A stretch of DNA of 51,205 bases from a virus (lineage: Duplodnaviria > Caudoviricetes): IMG/VR virus record IMGVR_UViG_3300010403_000009, positions 1 to 51,205 of that record; one strand, written 5' to 3'. The notes beneath the pieces are model-generated. The model had not been told where the DNA came from, did not search any database, and saw nothing but the letters and a program-made list of their open reading frames with translations. Made by a program: the position numbers and the translations under genes. Positions 27,544 through 35,865 of this stretch are shown here, one piece after another (position 1 is the first letter of the stretch; each line of letters starts with the position of its first letter).

Positions 27544-28023
27544 TCAGCGTCGCTCAAGATAGCGGGCCGCAGCCCGCAGCAATGAGGGATCATCGCGGTA
27601 TGCGCCAAGGCCTGTGTTGCATCTTGCGCATAACAATCCGCGTACACATCGTGAGCAGCTCTTCGTGCCTGGGCAGCATGTATGGTCATGATCTAGCTGA
27701 GCGCCTTGCGGCTTCGGTCCACGGCCCACGCCTCGTGCCAGCGGGTCAAAGCCTTTGATTATCGGGTCATGGCAGATCGCGCAGCACCCTCTCTGTGAGG
27801 TGTATAGGCGCTCATATTCGTCGAGGGAGATGCCACGGGTCGCCTTCAAGTTAGTGGCGACCACTCCACGCCTGCCAACCGCAGTCGCACGCCTCAGGCG
27901 CTGGTAATCCCGCATATAGGTTGGACTCCGCGGGTCCAGCCCTGTCGCGACCTTCAGTGCGCGCGGAAGTGGTCCGATGAACTCCGCAGCGATCTCGGCA
28001 AGGCGCCGTTCCACGTACCGCAT
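27544..28023 (-). CDS. Endonuclease VII-family (beta-beta-alpha-metal) nuclease
   Basis: GISL.EY..L...Q.G.CAIC; LDHDH; VRGLLC..CNTGLG...DDP..LR.A..YL. Confidence 0.88.
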   Translation of the reverse strand: MRYVERRLAEIAAEFIGPLPRALKVATGLDPRSPTYMRDYQRLRRATAVGRRGVVATNLKATRGISLDEYERLYTSQRGCCAICHDPIIKGFDPLARGVGRGPKPQGAQLDHDHTCCPGTKSCSRCVRGLLCARCNTGLGAYRDDPSLLRAAARYLERR

Positions 28024-28034
28024 GTGACACGACC

Positions 28035-28047
28035 AATCAATGGTTTA
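28035..28047 (+). promoter_or_regulatory. Possible IHF site
   Basis: AATCAATGGTTTA matches WATCAANNNNTTR. Confidence 0.35.
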
Positions 28048-28101
28048 CACAGGCAGTTAATGTAACATGCCTCGAAACCATATGAAAATCAGCAGCATCG
28101 C

Positions 28102-28129
28102 ATTTGTCATAAGCATGATTATGCGAAGT
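28102..28129 (-). other. dif-like XerC/XerD recombination site
   Basis: ACTTCGCATAA-TCATGC-TTATGACAAAT, an 11-6-11 layout versus dif GGTGCGCATAA-TGTATA-TTATGTTAAAT. Confidence 0.75.
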
Positions 28130-28187
28130 AGTTGCTCGTCTCAGGCCGTCATCCTGACGCTGCACATGTGCGGATACCCACTGCGCT

Positions 28188-28484
28188 CTAGATCATCCTC
28201 GATATCACGCTGAATCGATGTCCCTGCAGCACCCAGCTAGTCGGTGTCAGTAGCGCTGAGCCGGGCAGTGTCCAGTACGACACACCGCGCCAGTGATCCC
28301 ACAACCATGCGATGAACTCACGCGAGATGCCCTCTTCGGCTGCACAAAGGGTCTGCGGCTGGTCATCCTTATCCTTCAGCATCTGGGCTGCCCACTTGAA
28401 CGACTCCTGACTGAGGTCCGCCGGCGTGGGCAGTTCAAGCACGGCGCGTATGCGTGGCTCTGGGATGTCCTCAACGCGTGTCAT
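28188..28484 (-). CDS. Hypothetical protein
   Basis: ATGA-coupled to the upstream gene. Confidence 0.6.
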   Translation of the reverse strand: MTRVEDIPEPRIRAVLELPTPADLSQESFKWAAQMLKDKDDQPQTLCAAEEGISREFIAWLWDHWRGVSYWTLPGSALLTPTSWVLQGHRFSVISRMI

Positions 28485-29725
28485 AGCTCATCCGTCGTTA
28501 CTGTCTCGGTGATGAATCGATCTGCCTGTTCAGGTCGTGTGCTTGACCTTGCGTGCTCTGGCCGGCCTCTCACGAAGTCCTGTGGATGGCGATATTCGAA
28601 TGAGCGGGGCCGGACCTTCAGGCCATCCCATTGCATCACCAGTTCTCCGGGCTTCACCCGGAAGCCTGTGCGGTCACAGATCTCATAGTTGACCGGGACA
28701 TCGGACGTGGCATTCGGGTTCTGCGGACCATCGGTGACGGCATCCCGGATGAGAGGCGGGGGCGCAATGCCGAAGGCGCTGACATTCGAGCTGGCAAGGC
28801 CGGTGAAGCTCGCTGTGGCGATCAACAGGCCATTGACAGTCACCGTAATCGAAGCTGAGCCTGCCCCTGAGACAGGGACGATGCTTGAGCCATCGCCGAT
28901 GACCTGGATGAGCGCTGTTCCGGGGGCGGCAGCCGTCGAGCTCCCCATGCCGCTTGCGATGACCGTGCAGGGCGCATCGCCCGTGCCACTGGCTCTTGAG
29001 GTCGTCGTGCCCTGAACGGTGGCCGTGATCGTCGCACTGCCCACACCATTGCTGAACAGGAAGCCTGCGGTGGCGCCCTGCCCGTCGACGATGGCGCCTG
29101 CGGTTGCAGCACCTGCCGCACTCGTGGTGATGACATTCGCACCGCTGCCACTGGCGGTGACGGTGATCGTCGCCACACCCGGGATGGCGTGGATGTTGGT
29201 GGTGGCCCCGAGTGCGGTGACCGTGACATTCGAGGCGCCAACTCCGCCCCCCACATAGGCCGTGGCATTGAGAGCAATCCCCAGTTGCTCGGTGAGCCGG
29301 AAACTGAAATTCGTGAAGTCCGAGAGATTGAGGGCGAGCCCCAGCGTCTCACCCACGCCCCAGAAGCGATTGATGATGGCGGTCTTGTCGGCCGGTGCCT
29401 GGTATCGGGCCGGACCCACAAATCCCAGTCGCGTCCTGCGGACCAGCTGGAAGGTAGTTGCTGTGACCGTAATCGTGGCGGAGCCGGCCGCGCCATTCGT
29501 CGAGCCCCCCGCCCCGGCAATGTTCGACTGGGCGAGCGCAAAGCCTGCGCTTCTCGCGATCGAAGCGCCCACCCCCGCAACTGTCGCACTGGCCGTGGCC
29601 GTGCCCGCCGTCTGCGAACTGCCGGCGACCGCAATGACCGTGATTGCGGCCGCGCCTGCTGCCGAGCGAATGATCCCCTGATAGGGGGCGGGCCCAATGA
29701 AGCCAAGACGGGTCTTACGGGCCAT
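28481..29725 (-). CDS. Ala/Gly/Thr repeat virion protein with C-terminal CDR..GF...WDGL.V...RHPQDFVRG domain
   Basis: About 12 G.A.I.V.A.G-type repeats; two TRLGF.GPA.YQ motifs. Confidence 0.8.
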   Translation of the reverse strand: MARKTRLGFIGPAPYQGIIRSAAGAAAITVIAVAGSSQTAGTATASATVAGVGASIARSAGFALAQSNIAGAGGSTNGAAGSATITVTATTFQLVRRTRLGFVGPARYQAPADKTAIINRFWGVGETLGLALNLSDFTNFSFRLTEQLGIALNATAYVGGGVGASNVTVTALGATTNIHAIPGVATITVTASGSGANVITTSAAGAATAGAIVDGQGATAGFLFSNGVGSATITATVQGTTTSRASGTGDAPCTVIASGMGSSTAAAPGTALIQVIGDGSSIVPVSGAGSASITVTVNGLLIATASFTGLASSNVSAFGIAPPPLIRDAVTDGPQNPNATSDVPVNYEICDRTGFRVKPGELVMQWDGLKVRPRSFEYRHPQDFVRGRPEHARSSTRPEQADRFITETVTTDEL

Positions 29726-29846
29726 TCAGATCACGCAGCGCGTCTTTGCGAATCCTCCCCTTGCCGACGGCTGAGGCTATCCCCTGGGCATCCGGAACCG
29801 CCGTGCGCCGGAAGAATCCGCAGAGCCATCCCATGAACCGCTTCAT
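29715..29846 (-). CDS. Small hypothetical protein (43 aa, not in ORF track)
   Basis: Fills the gap exactly; MKRFMGWLCGFF...AQGIASAVG. Confidence 0.45.
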   Translation of the reverse strand: MKRFMGWLCGFFRRTAVPDAQGIASAVGKGRIRKDALRDLNGP

Positions 29847-29847
29847 A

Positions 29848-30276
29848 TCAGTCGAAGGTGATCGTCGTCGACGTCGTCAGACGTGGCGTGACTCCAGAGC
29901 TCACACTGATGTTCGGCGTGAGCGTGCCGGAGACCAGCACTTTACCCGTACCGCTCGAGGCCGTCCCCACCGCGAAATGAGTCAGTGTCGCGCTGCCGCC
30001 GGTACATTGTGGGGCATCCACATTCGCAACGGGGCTTACGACATTCGAGCTTACCGTCCAGCCGCCTGAAGTTCGGGCGACCGCGGTACGCGCATAGCTC
30101 GTATAGCTCGTCTCATTCGTGGTCTGCGTGCCCGAGTCCCCCGGATCTGAGGTGTGAAAGCTCACATACAGACTCGTGAGCGGCGAGCTTGCCGCGTTGT
30201 CTGCAATGTTCGCAATCGCGGTCGCCTGAAAGATCAACTTTGCGAGATCGTTTTCGAAGGTGTCGCCCAGACTCAT
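29848..30276 (-). CDS. Small beta-rich fibre/minor virion subunit
   Basis: LYVSFHT.DPG, NE.SY.SYAR.AV, THFAVG...SG.G..L..G.L. Confidence 0.8.
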   Translation of the reverse strand: MSLGDTFENDLAKLIFQATAIANIADNAASSPLTSLYVSFHTSDPGDSGTQTTNETSYTSYARTAVARTSGGWTVSSNVVSPVANVDAPQCTGGSATLTHFAVGTASSGTGKVLVSGTLTPNISVSSGVTPRLTTSTTITFD

Positions 30277-30295
30277 TTCACGGTCCTCAGAAACG

Positions 30296-30318
30296 AAAAA
30301 ACCGGCATAAGGCCGGTT
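30296..30318 (-). terminator. Intrinsic terminator
   Basis: AACCGGC-CTTAT-GCCGGTTTTTT on the minus strand. Confidence 0.8.
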
Positions 30319-30340
30319 GATTCAGAAGTGGTTGGAAGGA

Positions 30341-30721
30341 TCAGGCAGCAGTGGCTACAGCGGTAACCGTGACGGTCCATTGCTCGGAAGAGGTCTTCAG
30401 AGGTAAGGCAATGACTTTGCGGGTGGCCATGTAGTCCCCGCTGCCTGAATTGAATAGCGCAATCTCGAGCCACGTATAATTCGCCTCGGCGGTGGTGAAC
30501 GTCGAGGTGTAATCAATCGAGTTCGAGGTGCGCAGGGGCGCAGAATCCAGCGCCTTTCTCAACTTGTTCGTACTCGCCTGCAGATCCGTCTGGCTCGCCG
30601 CGAAGACCGCGCTGCTGTCACCCACCCCGATCCGGGCATTCGTGAGATTGAATGGCGCGACCAGTCCATCGCCACAGAATAGAGAGGCGATTGCAATCGC
30701 GCCCTTATCGGTCGTTGCCAT
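30341..30721 (-). CDS. Small beta-rich fibre/collar-like subunit
   Basis: IGVGDS....A.QTDL, F...EAN..W.E.ALFN, RKV...KTS. Confidence 0.78.
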   Translation of the reverse strand: MATTDKGAIAIASLFCGDGLVAPFNLTNARIGVGDSSAVFAASQTDLQASTNKLRKALDSAPLRTSNSIDYTSTFTTAEANYTWLEIALFNSGSGDYMATRKVIALPLKTSSEQWTVTVTAVATAA

Positions 30722-30857
30722 CGTGCTCTTCGGTGAAGTCGTATATGCGCTCTTCGATCAACTCGCCTTCTGCGGTACGACGCACGAGTTTCACGCGCGT
30801 GATCTCGGTCTTGAGCTCCCCAGCGGGGGCCTCAGACGACGATGCCGGTGTCTGCAT
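30705..30857 (-). CDS. Small protein (50 aa), possible detached N-terminal hairpin of the next gene
   Basis: VKLVRRTAEGELIEER beta-hairpin; overlaps both neighbours. Confidence 0.5.
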   Translation of the reverse strand: MQTPASSSEAPAGELKTEITRVKLVRRTAEGELIEERIYDFTEEHDGNDR

Positions 30858-31890
30858 TGGAGGGCGCCGAGGTTTGTGTGCTGATGGTGAATCGGCCGCG
30901 ACCACTCACGAGGCTGTAGGCCGAGATCGAGCCACGCTGACCGGTCAGAGTGCCGGTCGTCCAGTACCACTCCCGGCCCAGATAATGATCGGCCGCCGCA
31001 GTCGTGATATCGCTGCATTCAAACTGTGTGGTCGTGGGCGTCAGGCCCGCAGTGGTGACTGTGCCGGGGATAAACTCATTCGCGGCCAGAGCCTGTCTCA
31101 CGGCCGCCGCTGAGCTGCTATTGATCTGCTTGACATTGGCCGGGGCATCACCCGAGACCAATGCATTGGGCGCGACACGCAGCCAGGCTTCGAGTGTTAC
31201 CCCCGCAGGCAGAGTTGCAAATACAGTGTCGGAAGATGGATTCGTGACCCACGCCGGGACCACTGTCGCCACCTTGGTAGTGCCATTGTAGGCCGTGACG
31301 ATACGGCCATTCTGGCCTGCGCCAGTGCCTGCAAGAGTCGCAACACTGCTGCCAACAAAGAAATCAGTCGTCGCACTGGCGCTCGCATCGAACGTGATGC
31401 TGTTGGCACCTCCAGCCTGTGCCGTGTTGATACGGCCATAGCCACGCGCATCGACGACGGGAACACCTGCAGTGTTGACTGTGGCGGCTGCCGTTCCTTT
31501 CCAGTTCACGACATTCACGCCAAGTTGCGCCGTCGTCGTATCGACCGTCGTGCCCGCGACGGACTGCAGGTCCACCTTGATATCGCCCGATTCCTGCGGA
31601 TAGATCAAAAGGCTGCGGGTCACTGCGTTCGTGGTCGAACTTTTGATCTGCACCACCACTGAGTCTGCATTCATTTCCGTCGAGGTGAGATCCAGATAGT
31701 AGTGGCCTGAACTCGTCGCAATCTCTGTCGCCTCATTAGTGCAGTCTGCCATCGTGCCGGCGTCCTTCGATACTTCTGAGTCGAGCCCAGCGGCGCCCGT
31801 ATTCAGCGCGCCCGTGTTCAGGCGCAAATCGAAATAGGCACGAAATGCCGTATTCTTGATCGGGACGGGCTTGGCGTCTGTGCTAGCCAT
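30832..31890 (-). CDS. Virion protein: Ig-like N-domain plus two repeated beta domains
   Basis: SKD.G, G.YYL.LT..EMN; duplicated D.F/Y.G......GT..GQ...I.AY units. Confidence 0.78.
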   Translation of the reverse strand: MASTDAKPVPIKNTAFRAYFDLRLNTGALNTGAAGLDSEVSKDAGTMADCTNEATEIATSSGHYYLDLTSTEMNADSVVVQIKSSTTNAVTRSLLIYPQESGDIKVDLQSVAGTTVDTTTAQLGVNVVNWKGTAAATVNTAGVPVVDARGYGRINTAQAGGANSITFDASASATTDFFVGSSVATLAGTGAGQNGRIVTAYNGTTKVATVVPAWVTNPSSDTVFATLPAGVTLEAWLRVAPNALVSGDAPANVKQINSSSAAAVRQALAANEFIPGTVTTAGLTPTTTQFECSDITTAAADHYLGREWYWTTGTLTGQRGSISAYSLVSGRGRFTISTQTSAPSNADTGIVV

Positions 31891-31908
31891 GAAATAGTTG
31901 CTCCGGGA

Positions 31909-32586
31909 TCAGCCAAAACTGAAGAATGGATTGCCCAGCACGGTTGCCTGCTGATTGAGTACACCTGGATCGACGGAGGCTCCCGCAGTAACGTTGCCCG
32001 CTTCCCAGTCGTCCCCGCGAAGCAATGCAGATGCAATGAGTCCGCAGATGCCGGGCTTGCCGGTCGTCAGGATCGACGAACTATCACTGCGAGTTCCGAG
32101 TGATACGCCGTTCTTGTAGATCGTGAACGTGACCGTCGTACTGACCGTGGTCGCTTCACATTCGAGCGTGTCACCACTGGCAAAGGTGGTATTGAGCTGC
32201 GCACCGATCGCCGTCACCGTCCCGTTGACGATCTTCTCGACCACGATGCCGGCAGTCCCGGTGCTGTCGAAAAAGTAGATCCGGTAGGCAGAGAACGAGC
32301 CGAATGCGCCACCATTATTGAGCAGTGAACCGCCAATCTTGTCGTTCGAACTGAACGAGCCAAGAATCTTGAGGCTGAAATACTGATCGACGGTGAAAGA
32401 GCCGGCGCCCTTCCATGAACAGTCGGCCATATTTCCGAATGCGTTCTGAAACCCATTCGTCGCGATGCGCAGCTGGCCGTTGCTGGCGTTCTGCTCGACC
32501 CAGTCTCCACTCGAATTGAGCACACTAACGTTCGTGCCGTCTGCCGCAGTGAATGGATAGGCAGAGACGACGACGGTGCGGGTCAT
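31909..32586 (-). CDS. Beta-sandwich (ConA/lectin-like) protein
   Basis: F..ADG, DQY, Y......I.K.VNG, GD.L, YKNG, G.PG, DDWEAG pattern. Confidence 0.7.
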   Translation of the reverse strand: MTRTVVVSAYPFTAADGTNVSVLNSSGDWVEQNASNGQLRIATNGFQNAFGNMADCSWKGAGSFTVDQYFSLKILGSFSSNDKIGGSLLNNGGAFGSFSAYRIYFFDSTGTAGIVVEKIVNGTVTAIGAQLNTTFASGDTLECEATTVSTTVTFTIYKNGVSLGTRSDSSSILTTGKPGICGLIASALLRGDDWEAGNVTAGASVDPGVLNQQATVLGNPFFSFG

Positions 32587-32590
32587 GATT

Positions 32591-33667
32591 TCAGAACACG
32601 GTTAGTGGAGGCTTGAACACAGAAGCGGTACAAGAGCCATCAGCAGAGGTCTGGCGCCACATCGCATAGCAGTCGTAGTCAGAGACATATCCGACGAAGA
32701 TCGTATTGATCGATGGCGAGCCGGCCGCCGGAGCGGTTACGCCGAGCGAGGCCCATGAATCGGCCGCGCTGTTGTAAGTCCACATGCCGCCACCGGGAAC
32801 AATCAGCAGAGGTCGGCGGATCAATCCATTCGTGTCCGAACGCGTGGAGACATCGGCATCAACGACAATGCCGCCGGTTGCGCTCGAGGTCGGAATCTGA
32901 ACCTGCGCGGGCAGGTTGTTCTTGTTGACCACACTGCCGGTCGCGGGAATCTGCACCAGCGCCAACGCACTGAAGTTATTGCCACCACACATGTAGGAAT
33001 TGGTGGAGGCAATGTCATAGAAGCCGTTCGAGAAGTCGGCAACCTGAATGCCGCCCGAGCCGAATCCGGGCCAGCGCGTTGACCATGAATTCGCAGCCAC
33101 ATCCCACTGCGTGATGCCATACGTGCTGCCGCTGAGAACTACCCCCTGCGTGCCCACTGTCGGGTTGAAGGCCATGCCCGGGAGCTGCGCGTGCCCGCCC
33201 TGCGGGTCATCGCCACTGACGAGAGACCATGCCTTGGTAGCGGCAGGCCGGTAGTACAGCCTGAACGAGGAGCCATTGCCGTAGGGCTCGTGAAAAAAGA
33301 GCTTGCCGCGTGCCGGATCATGCGTTTGCAGACTGAACTGATGCATGTCGCTCAGGCCCGCCGCGATCGGCACCGCATCCGTATTGCGCCATGCGTTCGA
33401 ACTGTCGCTGAAGTTCAGCATCAGGCTCTGACGGCCGTTATGGCCGTGGCCGTAGTAAGCGATCTCCCTGTTGATCTTGTCCCACGCGAACTTGATGCCG
33501 TTCGAGGTGACGGGATCAAGACCCGCAGGATTGCAGACGCTGCCCGGCAGAAAGCCGCCGGCCCAGTCCTGCCAGGTGTTCACAGACATCGTCGCCACCC
33601 GCGTGGCGAGTGACGAGGTTGGCGCGGCAGCCACCGTGAACGTGATTGCCCTGTCTGCGTACTGCAT
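32591..33667 (-). CDS. Beta-propeller (Kelch-like) protein
   Basis: Repeated Y/W-D/N...N.W blade ends (FSDSSNAW, WDVAANSW, YNSAADSW). Confidence 0.7.
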   Translation of the reverse strand: MQYADRAITFTVAAAPTSSLATRVATMSVNTWQDWAGGFLPGSVCNPAGLDPVTSNGIKFAWDKINREIAYYGHGHNGRQSLMLNFSDSSNAWRNTDAVPIAAGLSDMHQFSLQTHDPARGKLFFHEPYGNGSSFRLYYRPAATKAWSLVSGDDPQGGHAQLPGMAFNPTVGTQGVVLSGSTYGITQWDVAANSWSTRWPGFGSGGIQVADFSNGFYDIASTNSYMCGGNNFSALALVQIPATGSVVNKNNLPAQVQIPTSSATGGIVVDADVSTRSDTNGLIRRPLLIVPGGGMWTYNSAADSWASLGVTAPAAGSPSINTIFVGYVSDYDCYAMWRQTSADGSCTASVFKPPLTVF

Positions 33668-35496
33668 CAGCCGGGCGTCACTGTGAAGCCACCCGGGAAC
33701 GGAATCGGCTGTGTTCCCGTCAGCACTTCGTCATAACAGGTGAACGTGTCATAGCCAACGCCGGGAGACTTTCCGGTCTGATATGGCAGAAGCCAGATCG
33801 CATTGTGGCCACCATTTGCAGTTCCCAGCTTGATGTTGCCGATGTAGCTGTGCATCTTTTTGGGCGCCTGCCCAGAGACAGCGCACCATGACTCGTAGGT
33901 GCTGCTGGCCGTTCCCAGCGTTCCGATCTTGTTGCGGACCATGAACGTCATGTAGACGTCCGGGACGTACTTGGCGCCTCCGTTCTGGGCGTGAGGCGTG
34001 CCGGTGTAAGTCGGCATCGAATACATCGGGCCCCAACGGGCCCACGCAGTGGGACAGTTCGTAACTGCTCCACCGTTGTCGATCGCATTCTGAAATCGGA
34101 AGTCTGAGCTGTTGCAGGCGCTTGACCATGCCTGCGAGAACTGCACGAAGCTTGAGCCATCCTGGTAGTACGCCAGAGGACAGCCCATCTGAAAGCTGTT
34201 CTCCATGACAACTTCGTTGTTCTGATTGCTCGCACTGAAGTGGGAGCAGATCAGCTGCTTGAATCCGTTCGAATGAATGCCGTCGCCGATGCCGGGCGTT
34301 CCCGGAAAGAGACCATTGCAGAACGCCGCAGGCAGATACTGCGACCACTGAACGTAGTATTCGCTGTTATTGCCAAACAGCGTCTGCGCAGGACTGATGT
34401 AGAGACGTATCCCGCCAGAGGACGTGCTATCCGCATTCAGAATGTTGAATCGTGCGGAACCCACACCACTGCGTCGGATGTTCGGCTCGAATACAACATG
34501 ATTCGCCTGAGCATCCTGCAGTGTATTCGCCTGAACATCTGCAAGGCTCGTGAATCGGACTGCGCGCAGAATTCCGGCAGAAGCCGAACGCGCTTCGAAA
34601 TCCACCTCGTTCGCGAGCTGCTCGGCATCGAAGATGCGAATCGTTGGCGAAGTCGTTGTGCCCGGTGCGCTTGCGGTGGTGCCGATCACATGCAAAGCTG
34701 ACAACGAATGACCGCTCAGAAGTGCACCGGATACCACCCGCGCACCTGCTGCACCCGTGGTCAGCGAGGCCAGATTCAGGTCGTAAGCAACGTTCTGCTG
34801 AGGGGACTGGGTTGGCGTACTTGCGCCATTCCATGCCACTGCCCCGGCGGCCCCGGAGGTCGACAACGACTGTGAGGGGCTATAGTTACCGAGGTTACCG
34901 GCGTTGTCCTTCGCGCGAACCCGATATGAATAACTGGTCGATGAGATCAGGCCCGTATCGGCGTAGCTGATCGTCGCAACGTCCTGCGCAATGATCTGCC
35001 CGTTGCGCTCTACATCATAGCCCTTCAGTCCCGAGCCACCGGTGTCCGTTGAGGCCGTCCACGTCAGCGTGATGCTGGTGGTCGTCGCAGACACCAGCGT
35101 CGGGGTTCCGGGAACGCCCGGCGCGGTCTGGTCAGGAGTCGTTGCGCTCGCCGAAGAACTTAACGCACTTGGATTTCCGGCGCCATCGATAGCCAGTACC
35201 TTGTAGAACCATGTCTGGCTCCCCGCAACCGTCGTGTCATCGAATTGCGGCAGCAGGGATGAACTCAGAAATGTATAACTGCCGCCGCTTGTCGCTGAGC
35301 GATAGATGGCGTAACTGCCGATGCCCGACTGCGAATCAGACGAAGCTGACCACACCAGCCGGATCGTGCTCTGGGAAAATCCGCTCGCAACGAGATTGAC
35401 CGGGATCGAGGGCGCCGTGACATCCGGGGTAAAGATCGTGCGCGCCAGCGTGCTCACCTGCAGGTCCCACGGGGCCAGAGGCTGCGCCACATTCAA
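33667..35496 (-). CDS. Fn3 x2 + partial Ig + jelly-roll (lectin/polysaccharide-lyase-like) protein
   Basis: Two canonical Fn3 (P..P.NL..I.L.W..S.D..G...Y; Y.V.A.D.AGN.S); C-terminal YYVQW, GFKQ, YDEV.....I. Confidence 0.82.
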   Translation of the reverse strand: MNVAQPLAPWDLQVSTLARTIFTPDVTAPSIPVNLVASGFSQSTIRLVWSASSDSQSGIGSYAIYRSATSGGSYTFLSSSLLPQFDDTTVAGSQTWFYKVLAIDGAGNPSALSSSASATTPDQTAPGVPGTPTLVSATTTSITLTWTASTDTGGSGLKGYDVERNGQIIAQDVATISYADTGLISSTSYSYRVRAKDNAGNLGNYSPSQSLSTSGAAGAVAWNGASTPTQSPQQNVAYDLNLASLTTGAAGARVVSGALLSGHSLSALHVIGTTASAPGTTTSPTIRIFDAEQLANEVDFEARSASAGILRAVRFTSLADVQANTLQDAQANHVVFEPNIRRSGVGSARFNILNADSTSSGGIRLYISPAQTLFGNNSEYYVQWSQYLPAAFCNGLFPGTPGIGDGIHSNGFKQLICSHFSASNQNNEVVMENSFQMGCPLAYYQDGSSFVQFSQAWSSACNSSDFRFQNAIDNGGAVTNCPTAWARWGPMYSMPTYTGTPHAQNGGAKYVPDVYMTFMVRNKIGTLGTASSTYESWCAVSGQAPKKMHSYIGNIKLGTANGGHNAIWLLPYQTGKSPGVGYDTFTCYDEVLTGTQPIPFPGGFTVTPG

Positions 35497-35542
35497 TGCC
35501 GCTTACAGATGCCGAGTTTCGGAAAGCGACGGCAGAGCCACT

Positions 35543-35863
35543 TCAGGATACCGTCAGGCCAAAAGGGTCGGCAGGGACCCTCGCATCCACATCGAAGGCA
35601 GGGCCCGTTACGAGACCCGATTTCGTGCCGTTGCTTGCCGCTACTCTCACCGCCCATGTATGGGTGGTATTCGAAAGCGTGCCGAGTGTTGCGACCGGGA
35701 AGTTGTACTGCCCGTTCTGCGCCCACGCGACCGGAATTGATACCGCCGCCTTGCCGTCGAGCGACAATTCTGTTCCGATGTACTGAGCCGCGCCAAGCGC
35801 GCTGCCGTCGGTGAACTTGTTGGCGTGCTGCCAACTCAGGGTCGTCGGATTCATCACATTCAT
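35543..35863 (-). CDS. Single Fn3-like domain protein, apparently permuted
   Basis: Starts at TLSW...TDGS, has WAVRV...NG.KS, and ends PADPFGLTVS. Confidence 0.75.
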   Translation of the reverse strand: MNVMNPTTLSWQHANKFTDGSALGAAQYIGTELSLDGKAAVSIPVAWAQNGQYNFPVATLGTLSNTTHTWAVRVAASNGTKSGLVTGPAFDVDARVPADPFGLTVS

Positions 35864-35865
35864 GT

